64,000 nucleotides of DNA from Blasia pusilla (Eukaryota). The translations under genes were made by a program, and so were the position numbers. Below the pieces are notes generated by a model, which saw only the letters and a list, made by a program, of their open reading frames with translations, had not been told where the DNA came from and made no database searches. Shown here in pieces: positions 27,116 through 40,205 of this stretch. How positions within the stretch are numbered: the first letter of the stretch is position 1; every line of letters starts with the position of its first letter. The stretch spans positions 23,622,001 through 23,686,000 of the forward strand of contig CM114271.1 in the NCBI GenBank assembly GCA_050084515.1. Reading direction: 5' to 3'.

Positions 27116-28571
27116 ATGGAGACTTGGGAGCCAGATATGGGCCCTAAGTTGACAGGAGGAGAGCGGCGCCAAATACATCAGTTCCTCAGGAGTTATAGGA
27201 GCTGCTTTGCGTTTAGCATGGAGGATCTAGGTACGCTGAAGGGACGGGGGATCCGCATTGAGTTGTCGAGTGATACGTCGATCTTCCGATGGCCCTACTG
27301 GTACAGTGATATGAAGAGGGCTTTGATTCAGAGCAAGAGCCAGGACTTGGTTGGAGCATGATTAGTGGAGATGTCGCATGGGGAGTATGGATCTGCCACT
27401 GTCATGCCCGCCAAGAAGGATGTGCATGGCAACAGGACGGATGGGCGGATGTGGGGGGATTACCGACCTATCAATTGGCATACAAAGTCCGATAGGTATG
27501 CCATGCCCACCCGTGAGGAGATCTTTGATGCGATTGGTCATGCAAAGGATTTGATTCATTGATTTATGAAGTCGGATACCATCACCGCCTATCGATTGGT
27601 GGGACAGTGAAGACGGCATTTTGGGGCATCGATCCTTACGGGAAGGATTGTTTGTACTAGTGGCGGTTCTTACCATTTGGGTTGAAAACGCCCCGGCTGA
27701 GTTTCAGAGGGTCATGGATAGGATCTTGGCTGGTCTGGATTTTGCTAGGTCTTATATTGATGACATCGTAGTCTTTAGCGCCATGGTTGAGGAGCATGAG
27801 CGACATCTAGAGGAGGTGTTTTGACAATTGCAATTACATGGGCTGAAGCTACATCCAGGCAAGTGCAAGTTCTTCTACGACCAGATTGAGTATTTGGGTC
27901 ATACGATATATCCTGGGGGCCTTGGTGTTCAGCAGACAAAGGTAGAGGCTATCTCACGCATTCCACACCCTACAGATGTGAGCCGTATTCACGAATTCAT
28001 GGGATTGGCGAACTTCTATCGGCGGTACATCAAGGGATTCAGTTCGATTGCGAAGTCGCTGACCTTGCTGACCAAGGTGGATCACGAGTGGCACTGGGAG
28101 GGATGAGGAGGAGCGATCATTTCAGTTGCTCAAGGATAGGTTGACGTCCTCGCCCATCTTGAGGAGACCGATCAGGGGGCGTTCTTAACATTGCACACAG
28201 ATTGGAGCATGTTGGGGCTTGGAGCAGTGCTCACCCAACATGATGATGAGGATAGAGAGTTCGTGGTGGCTTACGGTAGCCGCTTGAACAACGTTGCAGA
28301 GGCAAAGTTCAACTCGTATGAGGGTGAGTGCTTGGCTGCAGTGTGGGCTATCGCGCATTTTAGGTGTTACTTCTTCGGAAACCCCTTTACAATCATCACT
28401 AATCATCAACCACTGAAGATGTTGATGGAGTCTGACAAGCTTACAGGAAGCTTGCGAGATGGGCAATGTTGTTGCAAGAGTATGATTTGCAGGTGGTACC
28501 CTCAACCAGGATGCAGATGGGTTGAGTCGTAACCCATGCCCGAGTCAGCGAGATGCGATTGGAGCTCGATG
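27116..28571 (+). pseudogene. pol: Reverse transcriptase and RNase H of copy 1 (degenerate)
   Basis: RT motifs DYRPIN...DRYAMP and YIDD (27753-27764), plus LKLHPGKCKF and YLGH. RNase H motifs HTDWSMLGLGAVLTQ, SYEGECLAAVWAI and TNHQPLK. Confidence 0.92.
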
Positions 28572-29573
28572 TGTCGCGCCCCTACTCTCCTTGAACGTCA
28601 ATCTTTAGTGTTGCGGAAGCGTACGTTCAGTAGGTCATGAACTCATCGCTGATCTGCACCCAAACACGCACTCTCGTTAGTCGGGTCTTGGCCAACCAGC
28701 GTTCCAACCCACCGAGTCCTCAACTCGGCGTCTCATCAAGCTCAACCTTCCTTAGTTCCTAGTTTCCAAAACATGGCAAGTCCTTCAAGACTTGGAACAG
28801 ACTTCCTGGTTAGTTCAGGGATTTGAAACGGCACTTGCGCGCCTAGGGATCCCAACTGTTCAACGGTCCTTGGGTGAGTTCCGAACCGAGACCCAAGTAA
28901 TTGAGTCGCGGGGTGGAATCCAAGAGGGATGTCTAAAATTGCCTCAATGGACTTGGTGCAGGTTTTCCAACCCAACCCCCAAACTCGCGTTCCGTTCCAT
29001 GCCCTTGAGCCGCCCCGTGGTGCCCAAAGTGGGGTTTGGGTTCCAAGCACTCTCGGAGACCTTCCCCTTTACTAGTACTTCTGGGGTTCTCCAATAGCCC
29101 CTCCCCTTTGGGAAAAGAGGGTCGGGCCCTTCATTGTGGCCTTCAACCCGACTCCACTTACAGTCGTTTTCGGGTTGTATCTCGGCCGCTGCTTATGCGT
29201 TTGCAGCGATCTTTGGTGCGTTTGGACCGGCTCTTCCTAAGCTTTCCAACTCACTCTTATTTGTTCCAAAGAATCTTGGCGCTAAAAGTTATGGCCATAA
29301 ATACAGTCAGAAACTCTCAAACGCTAGTGGCGTTCCAAATCCGGATCTTTCCTTTGGCAACCCACTTCCTAGACTCGACTTCTTTCAAGTCTCATTCCGC
29401 GTTTGGTCCAGTTTTCTCAATCGCGACCATAGCATCTAAAACGCGACTCCTCGCTCGCGTCTCGTCTCTTGTCTCCTCTTTGAGACAACTCCAACGCGCA
29501 AACCATCTTAGCGTGAGCCCGCTAATGTTCCGATGTTCCGCTTGGCACTTGTTTGGTCATGAGGGTCGCAACA
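28572..29573. mobile_element. Solo LTR (1002 bp) of an unrelated conventional LTR retrotransposon nested in copy 1
   Basis: TGTCGCG...CGCAACA termini and a perfect 5-bp TSD CGATG (28567-28571 / 29574-29578). Copy 2 has the empty site gagctcgatggcatgg (~61206). Confidence 0.92.
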
Positions 29574-29899
29574 CGATGGCATGGAGAGAGTGATGAGGAG
29601 TCAGTGCTAGGATGGCTCGCGTCAGCCTATTTAGGCATGTTAGCTATGGAGAGCGAGAGTGTGGAGACTTCGATGGCGAGGTCTAGTGGAGAGTCCTTGG
29701 ATCCTGAGGCCAGTGAGGAGACGATAGATGGCCGAGATATTCATGATGATGGAGTAGTCTTGGAGTACCTTCGGACTAGTAGCGTTGCGAGCACCGTGGG
29801 TGCTAGAGAGCGGGATCGGATCCTACAACGGGCCAAACGGTTTCGTTGGGAGGGGACACATGTTTTGAGGGTTTGGGAGGATGGAAGAGTACGCGTGGT

Positions 29900-31171
29900 G
29901 CCGCATCCTTTGCAGAGAGCACGACTAGTGCAGCATGCCCACGAGGAGTTGGGTCACGGGATGAAGCGGACGTACAACTTGCTCCAGATTCACTATTGGT
30001 GGCGAGGCATGCAGACTGACGTTCAACAGTTTGTTGCCAGATGTATGGTGTGTGATCGGGTCCGAGCATCAATGCTCTGACTCCACATTTGCATCCATTA
30101 CCGATCATGGGCTTAGGGTATAGATGGAGTTTGGATTTTGCAGGACCTTTGCCTTTGACGAAGCGTCACAGTTGTTATGTGTTGGTGATGGTCGATCACT
30201 TCTCGAAGTGGATCGAGTTGGCTGCATTGCCTGACAAAGCGAGTGAGGGAGTAGCTTATGCCTTCCTTAACAGAGTATTGAGTCATTATGGCGCACCGGC
30301 TGAGGTGTTGACAGACCAATATACTGAGTTTCGCAGTGAGTTCCAGCCCTTGTGTGATTAGGCGCTGATCGACCATCGCACGACTTCGCGAGATCATCTT
30401 GAGGCGGATGGATTAGCGGAGAGAGTTGTGTACACGGTGAAGAGGGGTTTACGCAAGTATGGCTTGCAGAGAGGTCACATAGGAGATTGGGACCTCCAAT
30501 TGCCCTGGTTGGCGATGGGATACAGATTTAGCAGGCAGGCATCCTTAGCGTCTTTTTCACCATACTTGCTACTTTATGGCCGAGAGCCAGATTTGCCTGC
30601 GGCCATTCGTCGAGATGCTGGTGAGGTGTTGGATCTTGATGACCCATATATATGGATGCGAGCATGTTCTTAGAGGGATGAGTTGTTTCGGAGAGTGATG
30701 CCCATGGCGTTCGAGAACTTCGCGATTGCACAACATCGGGATACGTTGAGGTATGCGACTATTCGGGGTGGTGGTTATCGGCCAACTATCCGGAGGTTTC
30801 ATCAAGGAGACTTTGTATACTTGCAGCAGACGCCACCGACGACATTGGATGTGACTGTAGGGCGCACTAACCTGAGAGTGCGTGACGTTTTGCCATCCGG
30901 TGTTCTCTTGTGGGAGGGACGCGATGGTATGGTATGGAAGGACCATGTGCGTAATTGTGCGCCATTTCACCTTCCTAACATTGATGGTACAGTAGATCCG
31001 AGCTGAGCAGTAGTTCCTGCAGGCTTGCGTTGTATATTGTATGGTTCTGCCCATGGTGCGGCCACGATGCTAGTCTGTGATGGATGTTCAAGAGGTTGGC
31101 ATATGGCATGTCTGACGCCACTTCTCACTAGGATTCCTTGGGGACGATGGATGTGTCCCAGATGTACATAG
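29900..31171 (+). pseudogene. DDE integrase with C-terminal PHD finger, copy 1 (degenerate)
   Basis: HHCC (HEELGH...CMVC), WSLDFAGPLP, VLTDQ, GLAERVV. PHD-like CILY...CDGCSRGWHMACL...WMCPRC at 31031-31165, stop TAG 31169-31171. Confidence 0.9.
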
Positions 31172-34100
31172 AGGAGATACTAGGTAGGTTTGATTTCGAA
31201 CTGAAAAATTCGATTTCGAATTTTTCTGTGACATGGATGACAAGAAGGCGACAAATGATGGGGCCACATGAGCACCCGGCCTTCTTGCTCTTAGCGTCCG
31301 AGAGATGTATGTCATGGTAGGTAGAGATAGATGGCTATCTGGAGTTAGAGGGACCTAACCACCAGCTAAGGGGCGATTGGAGATATTTTAGTACTTCTTG
31401 TCTTGTTGTTTGGATGCCATGAGTTAGCATGGGATCGTGCGTGTTTGTGTGTGTGTTCGGTGACAGCGATGTATGTTCCATAGTGATGTGTGTGCGCACG
31501 ATAACTGTAATGTCTTTTAGGATAGATCGGTGAGATCTAGTAGAGCGCCTTCGTTAGTAGTGGAGGACACGCTCAGTAGGTCGAGGATGACATGTTGAGG
31601 CCCCATGAAACCTGAGAGAGCAGGTTTCCCCTTCGTTTCGGCTCATTTGGAGCCATATTGAAGAACTTGCTATTTTAGGTAAGTACCATTTTGAGTATAT
31701 GATCAACTTTATATTTTTGGTAAGTGGCCCTTGTCCTCCTACATCTGGTCAAGAGCCAAGGAGGTGACTTGGGAGAATAGGTTACCATGGAGAGAGCTTG
31801 GGAGAGGGGAGGGGTGAACCTCAAGGAGAGAGAGCTTGAGAGCTCATTCTCTCTTTGTTGAACCTCTTGGCATGAGGCGGCGGAGCTATGGTCCCTTGCC
31901 TTGTAAGTGTAATCCAAGCCTCTCATTAGGAGAGTGGGTTTGGTTTGACATGAGAGAGAGTGCACACCTTTGAGAGCTGTGGTGTGAGATGGTATAAAGA
32001 GAGATTGGATCTTACTTTAATTGGAGATATTTTAGTACTTCTTGTCTCGTTGTTTGGATGCCATGAGTTAGCATGAGATTGTGCGTGTTTGTGTGTGTGT
32101 TCGGTGACAACGATGTATATTGTATAGCGATGTGTATGCGCACAACAGGCTTGTTAAGACTTGAAGGCATGCCATAGGTGCGATCGGGGCTTGGCAAGTT
32201 GAGGGTGAGCCTCATGCAAGCTTGCAGGCCTGGCAGGCGGGCCATTTGGGCTTAGTGTGAGCCAATAAGGCAAGTGGTGTGCGGACCATGCGGATTTCTT
32301 GTAGGCCTAGGTTCTGAGCATGTGGGTTGTGCGGACTAAGGCTTGGGACAAGGTTTAAGATGTTGGATTCTGAACATCCACTTCTCTGAGCACCATTAAT
32401 TTAATCGGCCCCCTTGAATGAGGAAAAGCCTAGTTTGATGGTTCCGACTTAGACGTCGAAGGAGTCATAGTAGTATGACGTAGGTGGTTTGTGGAGTAGC
32501 GTTACTAGGATTATCCAACCCTATATTGCATCAGGGTCCGGGGCACCCTGATGCGTCGCAGGGGTCCAAAGGTGCAGCCCTTGGTATGCCAAGACGACGC
32601 GGGGGTCCGAAGAAAATTAGGTTAAAAACCTAGTTTCCTAAGTAGTGACATAGTGGGGAGCGGCATCGGTAGCGCGTTCTCATATGTCAAGTTATCTCCA
32701 TATTCAGGTTCCATCGAAGCTCTTCTGTGAGCGCACAGACGGACCAGGCCACTTTGTATCTCTATGTTTTGTAAAGATTTCAGTGATTTCGTCACTTTTG
32801 TTTTCTCACATGAGGGTGTGGGTTGAAGCAAGCTCCGCGAGGCTGCGTCCGAACTTAAGCGCGGTTCATGTGTGGGTAGGGGAAGATTTTGAAGGTTATT
32901 GAAGGCACTTGAGGGGATGGAGAAGAAAGTAGAAGATTAAAATATAATTGCAAATGAATGTGGTTAAAGAAGTGGGAATAGTAGTGATCGAGAGAGGTAG
33001 GATGCATGTTAAAATAGAATTGAATTAGGTGGTTGTATTAGAAAATAGATTAGTTGCAAACAAAAGTGGATAAAGAAGTTAGGATAGTTGAATAAGGATT
33101 GGGTTTAGGAGAAAAAAAAAAGATTTGCTAAATGATAATTACTATGAATGGTTTATATGATAATTTAAAATAAAAAGTGGGAGGCATTTGGAGATCTTCT
33201 TAGTGAAAAAGTAAAGAAAATTTTTGAGCAAAGTAGTTTTGAAAAAGGATAAATTGAGAACGTCTACCTTGTTTCCGAGGACTCTAGTACATCACAAGCT
33301 CAGAATTAATAGTAAGTGGGGGTAAATCAGGTAAAAGAGTGAAGGGTTCATTCTCTTCCATCCACACTCCCCAATATAAAATTATTTATTTTGGGTATAT
33401 CCTCACAATCTCATTCCTCCCTTCATATCTTTCTATCTCTACTCTTTTATGGAAAAAACATATCTCCATAGATAGGTGAACTTGATAAGTGAGACTATAT
33501 TTTGCCACTAGATAATCATGATAGTTTAAGGTATTTTGGTTATCTAGGTTAGCATATTGATCATTCTTGTTCATAGTGATGGTTCCACAATTGCTTGTGG
33601 AGCATTCACAGACAATATTTGGTGTAAGTTATTTATATTTCACCGGTCGATATATCCTATTATAGACATTATGTACGCTTGATCTTCTGTAAATCACTTT
33701 AACTCGCCCCTCTATTCTTAAAGGGTATGGTTTGGTCACATCCAATTTTCAAGATGCCCACCATTCTAGAATGGATAGATGACGTATAGTGGATGCTCGA
33801 TCAACCTTCCCACTATGGGAGCCATCCCTTGATATAAAATTGTTGCAAACATCTCCTCACACATTATTGATTATCTTGAATAAAACCGAGATGCTTCCTT
33901 AAACACCTTCATGCAATAGTAAATATCCTCACTAAATCCAAGGATTTGATTTATTTTACAACAATATATGGTTCCGTGTAAACCTGAGTCGTCAATATCC
34001 TCAAAATAATGTCCTACTACTACATCCTTGTAAGAAATCCACTTACATCCATGAGAAACCACCAATTTCTTCCCTACATGAGTATTAAGTCCCTTAAAAA

Positions 34101-34329
34101 GATGTTGAGCAATTTTTTCAACCCCCGACCTCTTTGGCATCGATTTCCCAGTTCCATGTCTTTGAGACTCTCGTAGAAAATCTTTACAATTCCAAGATAT
34201 AGTCATGGAAACCATCTATATCCCTCAAAATGTAGGATTGTCTATTCTTTAACATAAGCTAGAAAACCAGTCTAGCCATTCCTACATTAAAGCTATGTTA
34301 AACTCACTTGTGGAATCGACTCTTTGCCT

Positions 34330-37300
34330 TGTCATGCGCATACACATCGCTACACAACATACATTGCTGTCATCGAACACACCCACAAACACTCACGATC
34401 CCATGCTAACTCATGGCATCCATACACAAAGGCGAGAAGTACCAAAATATCTCCAATCTGATAATTGATAACCTCCTGGTGCAGCACCATCTCCTCCTCC
34501 ATGCTGAGGCACACGTCCATGACCTTGACAAGTGCAATCGCGCTGATGATAGGCTCCACCACATGACCAACAAGTAATAGTAGGAGGCTGCTGTTGAGCC
34601 GCATATGAAGATGCAGGGTCTCTATGGCACGGCCTCCTAGTATCCTCCCTGAGCTCGTGGTGCCACAGTCGATCTATCTCGGAGTCCACGTTGTTGCACA
34701 TGTGGTGCAGCCAATCATGACTGCTCTCGCCTAGAACCCATTGTGGCTACGCTCTCCTCTGCCATGTTGCACTCAATGTTCTCGGCGGTCCTAGAAGCAT
34801 CTCTCAACATAGGGAAGGTGTTCATAAGAAGTACCCCCTCCCCCACCTGTGTTCGAAGGGTCTGGTCCAACATTGCGTACCATGATTGGATAGCCTGAGC
34901 CTGTGTCACCCCCTGAGTGACGTTGATCAACCGGCGCAAGCGAGTGTAAGCCTCACGCAAACTCTCACTTGGGCGCCTCTGTAAGTCATGGATGCTCCGC
35001 AACTTCTCCGTCCGTACCCCTTGGTAGCTCACCCTCAACTCAGCAAAGAATTCAACCACAGGGTTGAACCTGTGACGACCCCGCCTAGACGTTGCAACTG
35101 CTCTAGTGCGAGTGACCCCTCCTAAAATGTCACTTGTGGAAGAGGAAGTAGCCTCTTTTGACTCCTCCTCCTCATGTGGGAGTGGCTCCGTCCATGACAT
35201 ATAATGTGGGTCATAGTAGAGCCTCAACGCCTAGATCTCACATGCATATCTCTGAGAGAATTCATGGTCATCGTCCATGGGCGCCCCCTCTAAGAAATTG
35301 TGCAACTTAATCGTGCCTATTGCACCAGAAAACCTACGCGGTCCTCTACCTCGGTCGTCCATCTCGTATACCCAACTGGTAGGACCACTCACAATGTGTG
35401 GCGATGTGCTCACAAATTCCTCTACATCCTCCCCCTCGTCTAACGATGACATAGAAGGAGGTCGAGGTGGTCCCTCACATGGAGACCCTTGAAAACTCGT
35501 GCCACTCCGTGTAAAACCTGTAGAGCTACTCTTGGGTTGACCACCTCGCCTCTCAAAGTCTCGAATGGACGCCGTGATGACCCTCGTGCCCCTCTCACCC
35601 GATCACTCTCAACCTTGCAAGTAATCCCTCAATCACTCATCCGAAATATGCAGCACTCGATCTACACTCTCCCTCCTCGAGACGTGTAACGTGCGGCAAC
35701 ACGCGGCGTGGTGTGGAAAATTGACCAGGCTATCATCTCATTGACAACCTACCCTCAACTCTGGATATCCCACACAAATCTATGTCCCCTAAACCACATA
35801 CATGAAGGATGCTCTCAGCATCCACATAACCCAATATCCCCAAATAAACTTTCTAAATCCCAGAATCCCTCACACGTGCAGGGTAAAGGACCAGAATGGG
35901 TAACCTGAACACATGTCGATGTCGCTCCTCAGCAACTTCAAATCTCAACCCCAACTTGGTTGTGAAGACAACTCCTCCAATCAGCAAGTCGTACTCCTCT
36001 CGTTCTGACGCTACTCAACCTCCTCGATGTGCGGTGCAGGTTGAGCGGTCTGGTGCAGCACTGGCGGCATGAGACGGCTACAAAAAGCACGGCACTCGGT
36101 GGCATAGCCTCCTCAATCAGCAATTCACACGCTCTGCTCCTTAGTGAAGGAGCGGTTCCTCGATCGAGACGGTGCGGTGTGGCACGAGCGGCACGACGCA
36201 ACAATCGGCCGCGCGTTGCAGCTACACGCGTCACGACACGATACTCGATCGTTGTCGAGCAGCTACCAATCACAACATAACAACATGAAATCAAAACTCA
36301 AACACCATAACCGGAGGTCATCTGCCATCACTGGTTGATGACAAAATTGCGATGAAAGTGACGGCCAAAACAAAGTAAGTGGTGGCAACATCATGGAAGA
36401 CCCTCCACTCCATAATGGCGGCAATGGCAACCAAAGGGTGGACAACGGACGGTGGACCGTTGATGGTGACGATTGACCGTTGATGGTGACGGTGACGGTT
36501 GACCATTGACGATGACGGTTGACTATTGACGATGATGGTTGAATGTTGATGGTGAACCGTTGATAGTGACTATGATGGCGACGGCCGCCGGCGACGTGGC
36601 GGCTGGTTTAGGGTTTGAACAATTTAACCCTAAAGATCACCTCGCAATGGCAGTTTTGCAAGATTGACCATAACGTTTTTCTCGCAACTCTAAATTGTGC
36701 ACTGTTTATTGCACAGCGTGCACAACTGCATGATCTACGACAACATCAAAAAATATTTAGAATTGGACATTCCAATAAAAACTGACAGGGATTGTTGGAA
36801 AGCCCAATGTCTCTTTCTCCTACACAAAATTTGGCAGCGCTTCCGCGCTGATTTCTCCCAACGAAAATGTAAAATACAAATCAGCAAGTTACATGGTGCT
36901 CCCAAAAGCGCCAGAATGGGGCAACCTGCCCCCATAATCAATTCCTATCAGAAATTGGGTAGTTCTTCCGCGCGCCAGTCTTCCACACAAAAAATCGGCA
37001 AATGCAAGGAAGAATCAAAGCAGCCCTTGCTCCGATGAGCAGTCCCATGAGCCGCTGAACGGGGAACACGGTCCTCAACCTGCAAAAATAGCGAGTGACC
37101 AATGAGCTCCGCCATGAAGCTCTCTCACTCTCTCATTCTCTCATTCTCTCATTCTCTCTTTCTCTCATTCTCTCTTTGTAAAGTAAGATCCAATCTCTCT
37201 CTACACCATCTCACACCATAGCTCTCAAAGGTGTGCATTCTCTCTCATATCAAACCAAACCCACTCTCCTAATGAGAGGCTTGGGTTACACTCACAAGGC

Positions 37301-37691
37301 AAGGGACCATAGCTCTACTGCCTTATGCCAAGAGGTTCAACAAAGAGAGAATGAGCTCTCAAGCTCTCTCTCTTGGAGGTATACCCCCTTCCCTCTCCCA
37401 AGCCCTCTCAACGGTAACCTATACTCACAGGTCATCTCCTTGGCTCTTGACCTGCTGTAGCGGGTCAAGATTCACTTCCCAAAGTGGAAAGTCAACTATC
37501 CCTAATATGGAAACTTACCCGAAATAATAAGTTTCTCTATATGGCTCCAAATGAGACGAAACGAAGGTGAAACCGGCTCTCTTAGGTTCCCCAAGGCCTC
37601 AACAGGTCATCCTCAACCTTGTGGGCATGTCCTCCACTACTCGTGTAGACGCTCTACTTGATCCCACCGATGTATCCTAACAGTCGTGACA
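34330..37691 (-). mobile_element. Internally deleted copy 3 of the same retrotransposon (A - leader - partial gag - B)
   Basis: The minus strand starts TGTCACG at 37691 and ends GACA at 34330, with TSD GCCT (34326-34329 / 37692-37695). A 37179-37691, B 34330-34458. Gag ORFs 35231..35452, 34715..35227 and 34411..34701. Confidence 0.92.
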
Positions 37692-38399
37692 GCCTCGATC
37701 TTGGCACCATCGCTTGACTCGATTTGGTTATATCTTGCTTCCGATGACTTAGCTCCACTAAACATATAGCTTGGAGTAAGAAGATAATAAGATTTCATAT
37801 TAAACCAATGTAGCAACCTTGAAAGCCCTTAGTTGTCAAGGCACCAATGAAATTTGGGGCCTAATCCAAAACTAATCCTGCTTTGAAAGAAAAGGAGGAA
37901 AAACATGAAAATTGGAGAGAAAAAATGAGTTACTTAGCCCCCAATCACCTCCTTATGAGCATTTGGCCTCACTTGTGCACCCTTTTCTTATGGGTTTATG
38001 TTTCAAACCCATTTTAGAAGTTAGGAAGGGGGAGATAAGTTCACACCTCCACCAATTAGACTCCGCCACATGTTCTCACAAGATTTATGGGAAGCTAGCC
38101 AAACGTGCGCTAAGTGTGGGATTGGAGGAAGAGTACAACAATGCTACATGGCGAGCTAGGATTGGAGGATTAGAGGTGGGCTAGGCGTAGGCCTCCTTAC
38201 GCCCGCCGTGGGCCTCTTGCGTGCTCGACGTGGACTCCACAAGATGAATCGAGGCGGTCTAGGATGGGGGCCCGATGTTGGCCCAACTCGTGTGCGAGAA
38301 AGAAGCCAATAGGCCCGACGCGGGCTACAAAAATGGGCGTCAAAATACATGGACAAGATGCGGGCTATCCGAGCAAGGGCTTAATGTTTGCTCAATACA

Positions 38400-38670
38400 T
38401 GTTCAGATACCGTGTATAGGTAATCCAGGTGGAAAAATCCGCAGATATGTGTGTAGCTGTAGGCTTTTTTTGTGTGCAACCTTGTGCATGAGGTATCAAT
38501 GTCCAGTGTCATTTTACTAGAGGGATATGATGGTGTGATTCTAGAAGACTCATGTGCATGACTATGCGTCATGTCATCTTCCTAATATTGATGGGACAAT
38601 TGATCCAAGTTTGGCACTAATACTTGCAAGGTTATGTTCTATATTGCGTGGATATGCCCAAGGTGAAAGG
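38400..38670 (+). mobile_element. Old integrase C-terminal fragment of the same family
   Basis: Translates as VILLEGYDGV...HVHDYASCHLPNIDGTIDPSL, compared with VLLLEGRDGM...HVRHCAPCHLPNIDGTVDPSL in copy 2. Confidence 0.75.
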
Positions 38671-38749
38671 TAGGGGAGTTAACTGTTTGGCTTGTTGACA
38701 ATATATATTGGGGGGAATAGATGGGGATGGGGTCAATTTGGTTATGGGA

Positions 38750-39634
38750 AAGCTTACTAAAACGTGTTATGATGATTTATATATAATAATTGGCGGCCCC
38801 ATATGCATAATATGACAAGATAGTGAGATAATAGGACAAAATAGACAACACGTTTGAATTTGTTGTATGAGCCATGTGAAATGGGTAGAAATAGATAGGG
38901 ATAGAGGAAAACGGATAGGGATTTGAGTCAAATAGAGTTTTTTAATTAATAAAAATTAATTTTTTGAATATTGTAATGGATGATTATAAATATGAATAAA
39001 TTAGAATAATTATGATAAATAAATTTTTTCCTTAATTAAGAGTTTTTGGAAAGGGAAAATAAGTTTTAATGGAGAAGGAGTAGATTTTGTTTAAATTTTC
39101 TAGAAGGGTAAAATTACTTAGGGGATTGGGATATCATTTAAATTTGAATGGAGGAGTGTCATTATTTAGAAGAGTCAAAGGTTATTACTCTTGTAAGATT
39201 TTAGAAGAAAGAATTATATTTAAAATCTTGAAGAAATCATTTGATTATTTTTAAAAATAATGGTATTAATTCACAAGTGATATTTTGGGAAAGGAAAATG
39301 AATTTGAATGGAAAAGGAAAATGATTTCGTTTATTAAAATTAACCAATAATTTAGTTAGTGAATGTTATTTTGGTGGGAAGAGTGGAAGGCGAAGAATAG
39401 TTATTGTTTGAACTTTTACGCAGGAGTGAAATCATTTAGGGGAGATGGGTATTATTTGAAGGTGAAATTTTCTTATTTTTTTAAGATTTTTAAAAGTGGA
39501 AATTAGACTTAAAAATTTAAATTAAGTTTCAAATTCTCTGTATAATTAAAAAAAACTATGATTGAAACCTATTTTTTAAGGCCCTTCTATCGAGGAAGCT
39601 ATGTTATGCGTGCATTGCACGAGCGACATACTAG
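38750..39634 (+). mobile_element. Non-autonomous Helitron-like element (AT-rich body with a canonical 3' end)
   Basis: Hairpin CGTGCATTGCACG (39609-39621), then 9 nt, then CTAG|T (39631-39635). The body is homologous to the AT-rich repeats at 9-10.3 kb and ~20.3 kb. The 5' end was not found. Confidence 0.65.
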
Positions 39635-39641
39635 TGTATAT

Positions 39642-40205
39642 TGTTATACAATATACAATACACACCGTCTTTGCTAATCAAATAAACTAGAAAGTCGTGT
39701 AATACATTCAACCATGGAGTCAAAATGAAGAAGCAAGTAGAATCTATTGAAATATCTCCAAAATATCAAAAGAGGACCTTTCCTTACACAAAAACAAAGC
39801 TCCATCTCTCTCTCTCTCTCTCTCTCTCACATTCATTATGAGAGGATGGGGTTATTGACAAGGAGGATCATAGTTTTACTACCTCATGCAAAGAAGGTTC
39901 CACAAAGAGAGAATAAGCTCCCAAACTCTCTTTTCTCGAGATGTACCTACTCGCTCCCCAAACCCTCTCCCTTGTGACCAATGTGCATAGGTGATCTTCT
40001 CGACCCAAAACCTTAAATAGTTGATCAAGGATTCTTTCCACTAATAGATAGATGATTATCTAAAAGTAATTATTTCCTTAAATAAATTCCAAAAGGGCCT
40101 AAACCAAACTTACAAGATACTCTACTCCTCAAAATGTTCTCCTTACATATTTGGCTCTTCCATCGATCTCCCCCATAATGCCACACGGATAATCTTCTTT
40201 TTGCA
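39642..40205 (-). mobile_element. Highly diverged A+B terminal-repeat remnant of a related element
   Basis: aatatctccaa at 39751-39761 is the reverse complement of the B start, and B-like sequence lies to its left. 39836-39970 resembles A (atgagagg..gggtta, catagt, aaggttc.acaaagagagaat.agctc). Ends approximate. Confidence 0.55.

Larger units (their letters stand above)
20810..32147 (+). mobile_element. Full-length Ty3/Gypsy-like retrotransposon, copy 1, with split direct repeats A1...B1-A2-B2 encoding Gag-PR-DNMT-RT-RH-IN-PHD (degenerate)
   Basis: Starts TGTCACG and ends CACAACA, with TSD GGCT (20806-20809 / 32148-32151). A1 20810-21323, B1 31375-31503, A2 31506-32019, B2 32020-32147. Domain order RT-RH-IN is Gypsy-type. 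Confidence 0.93.

Noticed and set aside
20810-32147. Classification as a DIRS/Ngaro/PAT tyrosine-recombinase retrotransposon because of the split repeats and a methyltransferase
   Set aside because: No YR ORF is seen. There is a protease, an HHCC-DDE integrase, TG...CA ends and 4-bp TSDs, and the MTase has C5-cytosine motifs rather than adenine-MTase motifs.
31375-32147. B-A-B explained as a chance nested insertion, local duplication or assembly artefact
   Set aside because: The same layout, lengths and junctions occur in two independent insertions with different TSDs, and the TSD spans A1-start to B2-end.
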